Positions 41,062 to 49,748 of a stretch of DNA of 64,000 nucleotides are shown here, one piece after another. How positions within the stretch are numbered: the stretch's first letter is position 1; each line of letters opens with the position of its first letter. The notes under the pieces are model-generated. The model searched no databases. It was given only the letters and a program-made list of their open reading frames with translations, and was not told the DNA's origin. The DNA comes from Candidatus Woesearchaeota archaeon. GTDB taxonomy: Archaea > Nanobdellota > Nanobdellia > Woesearchaeales > ARS49. The translations under genes and the position numbers were made by a program. The stretch is taken from positions 160,001 through 224,000 of the forward strand of contig JAWADY010000001.1 of the NCBI GenBank assembly GCA_038891615.1. Reading direction: 5' to 3'.

Positions 41062-41462
41062 TTCATCATCTTCTTAAATTTCAAGATTAAATTTTTCAAT
41101 TGTTCCACAACAACCTCTGCTTCTTCCTTTTCAAGCTTTTTTCCATAATAATTTACAGCGTTTCTAGTTTTTCTTAAATTATCAAAAATGTCAGCTTCCC
41201 TAGATAAATTTAATATTTCTTTTAGAAAAGCTGTGTAGCATTCATGATTATAAATTTTGAATCCTTTTTTAATAGGCAATGCTTCTAAAATCTCCCTTAA
41301 TGAATCGTACAATAAAGAAATTTTGCTTATAAGAAATTCATCAGCCAAAGAATCAGTAGAGTTAAATTTTATTTCTGCTGTTTCTAATAAAGATATTATC
41401 ATATTTTTATCCTCTTTCGTCTCTTTTGCAATTCTTTGTTTTAAGCATTCTCTCCAGTCCAT
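41058..41462 (-). CDS. HEPN-domain protein (RxxxxY variant)
   Basis: [25 protein letters not shown]; coupled to the upstream MNT gene. Confidence 0.8.
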   Translation of the reverse strand: MDWRECLKQRIAKETKEDKNMIISLLETAEIKFNSTDSLADEFLISKISLLYDSLREILEALPIKKGFKIYNHECYTAFLKEILNLSREADIFDNLRKTRNAVNYYGKKLEKEEAEVVVEQLKNLILKFKKMMK

Positions 41463-41463
41463 C

Positions 41464-41976
41464 TTACCAGTTCCCTTTTATTTTGAAACCATTTAATATA
41501 TTTTTAAGCAAATTTTCACTTTTTACATCTTCAATTCCTCTAAAAACAAAAATCTGTATTCTCCTTTTTAGCAATTTTTCAAATTTCTCAAGATTAATTT
41601 CTTTTTTCGTTGGTGTAAAAATTGCAAGATCAATATCAGAATCAATCTTTGCTTCTCCTTTTGACAAAGAGCCAAAAAGATAAACTATTGGAGTTAATAA
41701 ATTCTTTTCCAATTCTTTCAATAAGCCGGAATCTTCTAATATTTTTTTCCAATAAATTCTTGATAACTCTACGAAAAGCTCAGAATCCTTATTTACAAAA
41801 TAATAATTATAAATCTTCTCTTTTTCTTTTTTGAGCAAGCCTTCTTTATACAAGTTTTCAAGAATCTTTGAAGCTGTCGGCGGGCTTATTTTTTGAATTC
41901 TTGCATACTCGCGAACATTAATCCGACTATAGCAATCTTCAAAGAAAGGCTTCAAAGTGTTAAATATTTCTAACAT
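41464..41976 (-). CDS. HTH-minimal nucleotidyltransferase (MNT antitoxin-like)
   Basis: INVREYAR..KISPPTASK.L HTH; LFGSLSKGE...DSDIDL (GS-x10-DxD). Confidence 0.9.
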   Translation of the reverse strand: MLEIFNTLKPFFEDCYSRINVREYARIQKISPPTASKILENLYKEGLLKKEKEKIYNYYFVNKDSELFVELSRIYWKKILEDSGLLKELEKNLLTPIVYLFGSLSKGEAKIDSDIDLAIFTPTKKEINLEKFEKLLKRRIQIFVFRGIEDVKSENLLKNILNGFKIKGNW

Positions 41977-42073
41977 ATGTTAAAAATAATTAACATTTCT
42001 ATTTAAATCTTTTGAAAAATAAACCTCAAAATATATGTTAAAAATAATTAACAAGTGTTAAAAAATATTAACA
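41958..42073. promoter_or_regulatory. four 18-bp palindromic operators TGTTAA-N6-TTAACA flanking the MNT promoter
   Basis: Copies at 41958-41975, 41978-41995, 42036-42053 and 42056-42073; minus-strand TTTAAATA box at ~42000-42007 between the pairs. Confidence 0.8.
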
Positions 42074-42081
42074 TTTTTGTA

Positions 42082-43461
42082 TTAAGCAGATTTTTTAATC
42101 TCCCTTTCCATCTCTTTTATCATCTCAGCAGGCACTCTAATTTTGCCAGACATAAGTTTAGGAAGGAGAGAATCGCGAAGTTGGGAGAAGGTGAGGGATT
42201 CTTTTAAGTTATTATAAATTCGATTATAGATAATAGTTAATATATTTTCAAAAATATCTAAAACTTTTTTTTCAGGTATTAAAATTTTTGTTGATTTAAT
42301 GTGATTTAAATTAATTATTGGCATAGTGCTTCCTGAAGATATTCTTTCCCAATATTTCTCTTCGGATAGTCTTTTAAGGAAGATAAATAAATAGAATCTT
42401 CCTATTTTGTTTTCGTCTATTGTTATTTTTGCTAAACGACTTACTATTACAGCCTTATCATAAATATCAGTCATAATCCCTAGTAATCCTAGAGTCCCCG
42501 TTTTTGATATAATTATATCTCCTTTTTTAACAGAACTCCTTTTAACTTCTTGAAATTTTTTTTCTGATATAAAATGCTTAAATGGCTTATATAAAGGATA
42601 ACCTTCCAAGTATTCCATTTCGATAATAGGAATTCCAGAATTTTGATATTCTGTTATTTTCATTTGTGTTCCGAATGGTCCATCGACTATTGAATTTTTC
42701 TCATCAGAGGATATATCTTCGATTTTCCCAACCCTCCACCCCTTAGGTATCTCTTTGCCGAGCTCTTCATTATAAACCATTTCTCCGCCAGAGCTTTTGT
42801 AAGGCTTACCCTCTTCATTCGGAAACTCAAAATCAACAAACCAGTGCTTGAAAATTGCCTGGCCAATTGCCTCAAGGGTTTTGTTCATTCGCTGGTTGAG
42901 TTCGATCTTATCATCAAATGCCGAAAGAACTTTAGCAATGGCGCGTTGCTCGGGGAGGGGCGGGATAGGAAGTTCTACATCCTTAAAAGTGTTTGTAGTT
43001 ATGGTTTCAAAAACAGTTCCATAAGATACAGATCTAATCTTATTTATCGAGTTTTTAATCGAATAATAGAGGTATATTACATCATATTCTTTTTTTGGTT
43101 GTAAACCATAACATGTCTGATTAAAAGTCATCGGCTCTGGTAATAATGCTATTGCACCGACAGTCCCTCTCGAAGTAATTACAATTGTATTTTTTGGATG
43201 GATTTTTGCATTGCTATTCTTTACTCCCTCTTCGGTTATTGTTCTTTCTGTAACTGTTACATATCGCGACTTAACATTTGCAATATCCCTTGCAGTTGCC
43301 CATTTAAATTTTCCATCCCAAAAATATTTAATTTCTGTTTTAGGGGTTCCCCCTAATGAAATATCGCATGTTTCACTAATAGATTTAACCTCCCAATCCT
43401 CAGGGATCATTCCGATTTCAGTTTGTTTGAATTTGGGTTTATTTTGGGTTTGAGGGTTCAT
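42082..43461 (-). CDS. hsdS: type I R-M specificity subunit
   Basis: FKQTEIG.IPEDW, PPLPEQ.AI, central conserved region to EIPKGW, LRDSLLPKLMSG; two TRDs. Confidence 0.96.
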   Translation of the reverse strand: MNPQTQNKPKFKQTEIGMIPEDWEVKSISETCDISLGGTPKTEIKYFWDGKFKWATARDIANVKSRYVTVTERTITEEGVKNSNAKIHPKNTIVITSRGTVGAIALLPEPMTFNQTCYGLQPKKEYDVIYLYYSIKNSINKIRSVSYGTVFETITTNTFKDVELPIPPLPEQRAIAKVLSAFDDKIELNQRMNKTLEAIGQAIFKHWFVDFEFPNEEGKPYKSSGGEMVYNEELGKEIPKGWRVGKIEDISSDEKNSIVDGPFGTQMKITEYQNSGIPIIEMEYLEGYPLYKPFKHFISEKKFQEVKRSSVKKGDIIISKTGTLGLLGIMTDIYDKAVIVSRLAKITIDENKIGRFYLFIFLKRLSEEKYWERISSGSTMPIINLNHIKSTKILIPEKKVLDIFENILTIIYNRIYNNLKESLTFSQLRDSLLPKLMSGKIRVPAEMIKEMEREIKKSA

Positions 43462-45031
43462 TTTTAACCACCATAAGTAATATACAGTTGTTATTGTTGT
43501 CTGGCACTTTGATAATCTCAATATTTGGCATTTTTGTCCTTTCTTGAAGTGATTTAACAATTGTTTTTATTCTATCATCATCAAACTTAGAAATAGGAAT
43601 AGGTTCAAATTGTTTTGTTTTTTCATTTGCACCAATGATATATACCTTTATATTAGACTCCTTCACCTTTTTACTAAGGTCGCTAGCAAAATAAGAAACT
43701 ATTTCATCGTTACTACCTGAAAAAACATCCGAAGATTTCAATTCTAGTATTTCGTTTTCAGTATTTACAAAACTAATGTCAAAAGTTGAATTTTCAAATA
43801 TCTTTTTAGATAGGCAATTTAAAAAATAACAAATAGGTTTATCTTCATTCTCTATGGCTAATAATTTTAAAATAGAGCCCAATAAAATACTATTAAATGA
43901 GTCTCTTATTTGCATTTTTTCATAATAATCTAAAAGTATTTTACTTAATTCTTTCTGTAGCTCGTTATAAATCTCCATGTTTTTTATTTTAATTGAGTTT
44001 GCGGATATTCTACAGCCTGCATGATAAACTCTGAAAGATTCGTTATTCAATAATTTAGTTTTAATTTCTTCTAAGAAACTTCCCCGAATTTCTATGCTAT
44101 TGTCTGAAAATAGTATTAGGAAGTTAGGATTTGTCTTTTTAATTATCACGTTGCCGTCTTGTTTTACAACATTATTCTTATCATCAAATATTTTTTCCTG
44201 ATATGGAATGATAGAATTTTTTAACTTTATGTATTCTTCATTATAATAACTCAGATTATATCGTTTTGCTAAAAAATCTTGTACAAAATCATCATAATTT
44301 GTATATGGCTTCCTACCAACTTTGACTAATGACAACGGTATTCTTTCTATCGGAGCAGGTAAAATTATTTGTTTGTCCTTGACCTTAAACGCTTTTTCTT
44401 CTATAAACTTTTTCTCGAAATCGTCATCACTTAATTCTAAAGAAAAAGGAACCCCGCTTACTTCACCACAAAATTTATTTTTACCGCCCAAATATTCAAA
44501 TGCCACTTTTTGAGGTATACCTAACCAGTTAGCAAAGAACACAGAAGGATTAGTTTCATAAAAAATAACATCAATACTATCTTTCTCATTTTTAAAGTAA
44601 ACAAATCTCAGGATATTATCTTTATCAAGCATTCTGTCTATAACCTCCCATTTGGGTGTAATGGTTTCCTCACCAAAGAGGCTATGACAAAGTATGACAA
44701 ATTCGGATGTGACTATACAAATCGCATATTTCTCTTCCATCCTCATTCTGGTGTTCATTTCGTCGCTAAAATCGTTAAGTAATTCTTTTGCGTCTCTGTC
44801 ATCTATTAAAGGATAAGAGGAAATCAAATTTTTAATCCAAATTTGACAATTCTCCTTTAATTGAATTTCATCAAATTTTTTTCTTTTACCTAAATTTAAT
44901 AACGAATTAACAACCTTCGTTATTTTATCTTTATCTACTTTTCTGGTTATTTTATCTTGGTTAATATCATTCTCAATTACTTTCTTTGAATATACGAATG
45001 TTGGCTCTCCCTTATTTTGATTTGTAATCAT
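43439..45031 (-). CDS. uncharacterised protein with C-terminal Schlafen/AlbA_2-like domain, inserted between hsdM and hsdS
   Basis: C-terminal ENEILELKSS...VYIIGANE...IEIIKV...ILLMVV; very AT-rich; coupled to both neighbours. Confidence 0.6.
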   Translation of the reverse strand: MITNQNKGEPTFVYSKKVIENDINQDKITRKVDKDKITKVVNSLLNLGKRKKFDEIQLKENCQIWIKNLISSYPLIDDRDAKELLNDFSDEMNTRMRMEEKYAICIVTSEFVILCHSLFGEETITPKWEVIDRMLDKDNILRFVYFKNEKDSIDVIFYETNPSVFFANWLGIPQKVAFEYLGGKNKFCGEVSGVPFSLELSDDDFEKKFIEEKAFKVKDKQIILPAPIERIPLSLVKVGRKPYTNYDDFVQDFLAKRYNLSYYNEEYIKLKNSIIPYQEKIFDDKNNVVKQDGNVIIKKTNPNFLILFSDNSIEIRGSFLEEIKTKLLNNESFRVYHAGCRISANSIKIKNMEIYNELQKELSKILLDYYEKMQIRDSFNSILLGSILKLLAIENEDKPICYFLNCLSKKIFENSTFDISFVNTENEILELKSSDVFSGSNDEIVSYFASDLSKKVKESNIKVYIIGANEKTKQFEPIPISKFDDDRIKTIVKSLQERTKMPNIEIIKVPDNNNNCILLMVVKNEPSNPK

Positions 45032-45033
45032 TA

Positions 45034-46557
45034 TTACACACTCCACCCCAGCATCTCCAAATTTCTTTTTATTTCTTCATCTAGCTTTTTGCTCTCTTCC
45101 ATTTGCTGTTTGAGTTCTGCTGTGAGTTTTTTCATTTTTTCTTCAAAAACTTCTTCTGGCTCTTCTTGTTCTTCAAAGCCGACATAACGGCCTGGTGTTA
45201 AAATGAAATTATTTTTTTCAACTTCTTGTAATGAAGCAGATTTGCAAAAACCAGGGATGTCTTTATATCCAAGTTTGTTTTCTCCTCTCCATGCATGGTA
45301 AGTATCGGCAATTTTCTTTATTTCATCATCAGTTAATTCTCTATGTCTTCTATCAATCATTACGCCCATTTTTCTGGCATCGATAAACAGAATCTTTCCT
45401 CGTCTATCTTTGAACTTGTTATCTTTTTTATCACGAGCAATAAACCATAAACAAGCTGGAATCATTGTGTTGTAGAACAGCTGCGATGGCAAAGCGACAA
45501 TACAATCTACGAGGTCTGCTTTGATAATATTTTTTCTTATTTCTCCTTCGTTAGAAGTCATTGAGCTTAAAGAGCCGTTAGCAAGAACAAAACCAGCAAT
45601 TCCTGTTGGTGATAAATGATGGATAAAATGCTGTACCCATGCAAAATTGGCATTTCCTTTTGGTGGAACACCAAACTTCCACCTAACATCTTCTTGTAAT
45701 AACTCGCCGCCCCAGTCTGAATCATTAAAAGGAGGATTTGCTAGGATAAAATCAGCCTTCAAATCCTTGAATTGGTCGTCATGAAAAGAATCACCCCACT
45801 TAATGTTTGCGTCAATTCTTCTTATCGCAAGGTTCATTTTGCACAGACGCCACGTTGTCTGGTTGCTTTCTTGACCATAAATTGAAATATCTCCAATCTT
45901 TCCACCATGAGCTTCAACAAATTTTTCTGATTGAACAAACATTCCTCCTGAACCACAACAAGGGTCAAATATTCTTCCTTTGTATGGTTCAAGCATTTCA
46001 ACAAGCAATTTTACAATGCATCTCGGTGTGTAGAACTGACCGCCTTTTTTGCCTTCTGCAGATGCAAATTGTCCAAGAAAATATTCGTAAACTCTTCCAA
46101 GAATGTCTTTGCTTTTGTTTTCTTTATCACCTAGCCCAATCGTGCCAATTAAATCTATTAGTTCTCCTAGGCGCTGCTTGCTTAATGCTGGCCTTGCATA
46201 AATCTTTGGGAGAACACCTTTTAATGAGGGATTATCCCTTTCGATATCCTCCATTGCATGGTCTATGAGTTCTCCAATTTCTGGCTTTTTTGCATTAGCC
46301 TGCAAATACTCCCATCGCGCTTCTTTTGGAACCCAGAAAACTCTTCTTGCAAGATATTCGTCAACATCTTCTGGATCAGCTTCTGGGTCTTTTTTTAATT
46401 CTTCATAAACTTCTTTAAAAGAGTCGGAAATGTATTTTAAGAATATTAAACCTAAAACAACATGCTTGTATTCTGCAGCATCCATATTGCTTCTCAACTT
46501 GTCTGCAGCCTGCCAGAGCTTCTCTTCGAAACCTAAATTCGCACTATTAGTTTTCAT
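45034..46557 (-). CDS. hsdM: type I R-M m6A methyltransferase subunit
   Basis: [34 protein letters not shown]. Confidence 0.98.
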   Translation of the reverse strand: MKTNSANLGFEEKLWQAADKLRSNMDAAEYKHVVLGLIFLKYISDSFKEVYEELKKDPEADPEDVDEYLARRVFWVPKEARWEYLQANAKKPEIGELIDHAMEDIERDNPSLKGVLPKIYARPALSKQRLGELIDLIGTIGLGDKENKSKDILGRVYEYFLGQFASAEGKKGGQFYTPRCIVKLLVEMLEPYKGRIFDPCCGSGGMFVQSEKFVEAHGGKIGDISIYGQESNQTTWRLCKMNLAIRRIDANIKWGDSFHDDQFKDLKADFILANPPFNDSDWGGELLQEDVRWKFGVPPKGNANFAWVQHFIHHLSPTGIAGFVLANGSLSSMTSNEGEIRKNIIKADLVDCIVALPSQLFYNTMIPACLWFIARDKKDNKFKDRRGKILFIDARKMGVMIDRRHRELTDDEIKKIADTYHAWRGENKLGYKDIPGFCKSASLQEVEKNNFILTPGRYVGFEEQEEPEEVFEEKMKKLTAELKQQMEESKKLDEEIKRNLEMLGWSV

Positions 46558-46650
46558 CTTATTTCACCTTTTTTCTTTCTCGGAGTATTCCAATAAGGGC
46601 TTTTGCACTTAGGACATACTTTTGGCTCTTTGGTTGTTGAATCTGGGAGA
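46554..46650 (-). pseudogene. C-terminal half of a small Zn-ribbon protein (CPKCKSPYW)
   Basis: EPKVCPKCKSPYWNTPRKK ends in an ATGA overlap with hsdM; no first CxxC knuckle or credible start upstream. Confidence 0.5.
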
Positions 46651-46779
46651 GTTTCAGATAAAAATCTTTCTCTTGCTCGCAAGATTAGATGGGCTTTTAA
46701 AATGACCTTTAATATGAGCGTGGTAACAAAGTATAAATACAAAAGATTTATAAGGCTTAAAACAAAAAAGGTGAAAAAA

Positions 46780-46989
46780 ATGGCAAAAGAGACAAAGGAT
46801 AGGTTGTTGCGGGGCATTGTTGGAGCAGTTCTGCTTTTTTACTCGCTGCCAGGACTGTTCATTTCAGGCTTTTATGGCGGAATGATGATGGGCAGAATGT
46901 TTTTGGGAACAGGAGGCAGCTTTTTTGTTTCCATTCTGCTAGCACTAATTGGTGTTTGGCTGCTTTATGATGCTATAAAGCCACAGTAG
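46780..46989 (+). CDS. small two-TM protein with GGMMMG loop
   Basis: AGGTGA RBS; two hydrophobic helices. Confidence 0.65.
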   Translation: MAKETKDRLLRGIVGAVLLFYSLPGLFISGFYGGMMMGRMFLGTGGSFFVSILLALIGVWLLYDAIKPQ

Positions 46990-47040
46990 AAGAGCAGTAA
47001 AAGAGAAAAATTTTTAATCGCCTTTCATAAATTTTTGTAA

Positions 47041-48333
47041 GTGGTAGGGGTACACTTTAAGACTTTTGGATGCACTGCAAACTTTTCAGATAGCGAGATA
47101 ATGAAGGGGCTCTTAAAAAGTGCTTCTTACGAGGTTGTCGACAATGCGGAAAATGCAAGCGTCATTGTGGTAAATGTTTGCACTGTAAAAGGAGACCAGC
47201 ATGCGCTTGCAGAAATTAAAAAGACTTCACTGGAAAATCCAGGAAAAAAATTGATTATTGCTGGTTGCGTGACTAAAAGCTTGCTAGAAAGGGTAAAGGC
47301 TGAAATTCCTGATGTCAGCTTTCTTAATACTCACAACATAAAAAAAATTGATTTTGTTGTAAACAGCACGCTTTCAGACAGGCCGGTTAGTCTTATATCA
47401 GGCTCTAATGAACCAAAAACAGGTCTTCCAAAGGTTAGAAAGAATCCTGTTGTTGGCATAATACAAATCGCAACTGGTTGTGATAGTTTCTGCTCTTTTT
47501 GCAGCACAAAGCTAATCAAAGGAAGGCTACAATCTTATTCGCCCTCATCAATCGTGCAAGAGGCTGCTGAATGTATTAAAGAAGGATGTAAAGAAATATG
47601 GCTGACTGCAACCGATACCAGCTGCTATGGCCTTGACATTGGTACAAACCTTCCAAAACTTGTAAAGGTATTGACAAGGCTTGATGGCGAATTCATGATT
47701 AGGATTGGCATGGCAAATCCAAAACACGTCCTGCGTTATCAGGATGAGCTAATAGAAGCTATATCTAATCCAAAAGTTTTCAAGTTTTTACATCTCCCTG
47801 TACAATCTGGCAATGACAGAGTGTTGAAAGCCATGAAAAGAGAATATACAGTGGAAGAGTATAAAAAATTGGTGTCCAGAATAAAAAAAGAAATTCCAGA
47901 GATTACAATTGCCACGGACATAATTGTAGGATTTCCTGGAGAAACCTTCGAAGAATTCATTGACTCTGTTAGATTGGTGGAAGAAACCAGGCCAGATGTG
48001 TTGAACATATCGCGATTTGTGCCAAGAGGTGGGACTCAAGCAATTAGGATGCCGAATCAGGTTCCAGAAATTGAGAAAAAGATGCGTAGCAGACTGCTTA
48101 CACGGGTTTATTGGAATGTTGCGCTTGAGCAAAACCTCCGATGGCTGGGCTGGAAAGGGTTGTGCATCATCGATGAGGTTGGAAAGCATGGCACATTGAT
48201 TGGGCGAAATTTTGCCTACAAACCAATCGTTTTACGGGGCACTCACAAGCTAGGAAGCATTGTTGAAGTAGAAATTTTAGCTGCTGAAAAATTCAACTTA
48301 AGAGATAAATCAGCAATAAAGGCTGAGGTTTAG
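47041..48333 (+). CDS. tRNA t6A37 methylthiotransferase (archaeal MtaB/CDKAL1 type)
   Basis: TFGCTAN, NVCTVK, AGC, CDSFCSFC radical SAM motif, RIGMANP, HLPVQSG, TDIIVGFPGE, TRAM domain. Confidence 0.92.
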   Translation: MVGVHFKTFGCTANFSDSEIMKGLLKSASYEVVDNAENASVIVVNVCTVKGDQHALAEIKKTSLENPGKKLIIAGCVTKSLLERVKAEIPDVSFLNTHNIKKIDFVVNSTLSDRPVSLISGSNEPKTGLPKVRKNPVVGIIQIATGCDSFCSFCSTKLIKGRLQSYSPSSIVQEAAECIKEGCKEIWLTATDTSCYGLDIGTNLPKLVKVLTRLDGEFMIRIGMANPKHVLRYQDELIEAISNPKVFKFLHLPVQSGNDRVLKAMKREYTVEEYKKLVSRIKKEIPEITIATDIIVGFPGETFEEFIDSVRLVEETRPDVLNISRFVPRGGTQAIRMPNQVPEIEKKMRSRLLTRVYWNVALEQNLRWLGWKGLCIIDEVGKHGTLIGRNFAYKPIVLRGTHKLGSIVEVEILAAEKFNLRDKSAIKAEV

Positions 48334-48343
48334 CTTAAGCAAA

Positions 48344-49024
48344 ATGAAGATAGAATATGTTTGTCAAAGAAACATCGTCCGCAGCCCAACTTTTGAGGCA
48401 GTTAGTAAGTATTTTATTGCAAAAAAAAATCTGGAAGAACTGATTGAGATTTCTTCTTCAGGAATTGATGTTGATAGATTCAACAGAGGCCAGCTTAGGC
48501 CAGATGAGGTGTACAAGACTTTTGGATATTTAATTGAAGCCCAAAAGAAAAAAAAGCTGGCTGATGAGAATTTAATGCAAAAAGTTATTATAGAATACAC
48601 GAATAGAATAATAAATTCGGATACAATTCTCCTTGCAAAAAAAGCCTTGACTCTGTTTGAAGCGTATTGCGGCGAGATGCGAGATATTGCCCTTTTACAA
48701 AAGGGTATACCACTTCTGAAAGATTGGCGTTATCCCGAATCGCTAAAACAAACAAAGGAAGGTGATGCAAAGATAATAGTTGTATTGGCAAAGGAATATA
48801 TCGACTTTGTAAAAAAAATTTATTCTAACAGAAAGTCTAATGAGAAGCCAAAAATCCTTTCAATTACAGATTTTGGTGAAGAGCCAAAGGCTTATGGCTT
48901 TGAAGTAGCCGATTTTGGCGCAATTGTCGAGATTGCCTTGAAAAGCGTTCCAAATCTCATTGATTATTGCTGTACAAAAGGATATGTGCGTTTGGTAAAG
49001 CCAAATCAACTAATAGACTCTTGA
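48344..49024 (+). CDS. low-molecular-weight protein tyrosine phosphatase/arsenate reductase-like protein with helical insert
   Basis: YVCQRNIVRSP (CX5RS), SSSGI. Confidence 0.65.
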   Translation: MKIEYVCQRNIVRSPTFEAVSKYFIAKKNLEELIEISSSGIDVDRFNRGQLRPDEVYKTFGYLIEAQKKKKLADENLMQKVIIEYTNRIINSDTILLAKKALTLFEAYCGEMRDIALLQKGIPLLKDWRYPESLKQTKEGDAKIIVVLAKEYIDFVKKIYSNRKSNEKPKILSITDFGEEPKAYGFEVADFGAIVEIALKSVPNLIDYCCTKGYVRLVKPNQLIDS

Positions 49025-49215
49025 TTTCAACGAAAGCTTTATAAATGGATGCTTAACAATCTCAATTCTCAGAGCAGTCCCAAATGGTTCCAAATGCTTT
49101 CAAAAAATTCTCAACATAAAAAATGTTTCCACAAGCACATAGCCAACACAGTCAAAGTCATAAAATTAAATTAAAATTAAATAGAAGGATGAAAGTGAGT
49201 GAAGCGTCAAAAGCC

Positions 49216-49328
49216 GGGCCGGTAGCTCAACCCGGTAGAGCAGCGGACTTTTAGCGCAAATAGCATGTTACTTAAAGTGCAAAGTGTAAGCAATCCGTTG
49301 GTTGCGGGTTCAAATCCCGTCCGGCCCG
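49216..49328 (+). tRNA. tRNA-Lys(TTT) with 39-nt intron (49254-49292)
   Basis: GGGCCGG/CCGGCCC + G73; GCGGA-CT-TTT-A...A-TCCGT; GGTTCAAATCC. Confidence 0.92.
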
Positions 49329-49465
49329 TTTCACCGAACGCCAGCGAGGAGCGTCGCAGCAAGGGAACGAAGTGACCGTTGGCGAGACGCCCGCAGCAAG
49401 TGAGGTGAAACCACCGAACGCTAGGGAGCGTCGCAGCAAGGGAACGAAGTGACCCTAGTGCGACC
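49329..49465. repeat. GC-rich duplicated palindromic (REP-like) element
   Basis: Identical 30-mer GGAGCGTCGCAGCAAGGGAACGAAGTGACC at 49348-49377 and 49425-49454; CACCGAACGC at 49332 and 49412. Confidence 0.85.
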
Positions 49466-49501
49466 TGAGAATCAAAAATATTAAAAGGAAAGATGGTTAA
49501 A

Positions 49502-49747
49502 ATGGCTACACCAAAGTTTGATGTAACAAAACACTTTCTTGTACCCAAGCACATTAAGGTGAGTGAAAAGGAGCTAAAAGAGTTAACTGAAAAGTTCGCA
49601 CTCGCTCCAGATTCCTTCCCGAAAATACTTGCAAGCGACCCTGCGATTGAGCACCTCAAAGCAAAAGAAGGTGATGTGATAAAAATCATTCGATGGTCCC
49701 CAACAGCTGGCGAGGCGGTGTATTACAGGCAGGTGATTAAGGGCTAA
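49502..49747 (+). CDS. rpoH: RNA polymerase subunit H (Rpo5)
   Basis: HFLVPKH, PKI..SDP, GDVIKI.R.SPTAG..YYR. Confidence 0.97.
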   Translation: MATPKFDVTKHFLVPKHIKVSEKELKELTEKFALAPDSFPKILASDPAIEHLKAKEGDVIKIIRWSPTAGEAVYYRQVIKG

Positions 49748-49748
49748 A

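Noticed and set aside
37800-46700. R-M island as an integrative element with att sites
   Set aside because: No integrase or transposase, and no flanking direct repeat or tRNA fragment found by eye.
49329-49465. Possible mini CRISPR array (two 30-bp repeats 47 bp apart)
   Set aside because: Only two units, the intervening sequence itself shares motifs with the flanks, there is no leader and no cas genes; better explained as a REP-like duplication.
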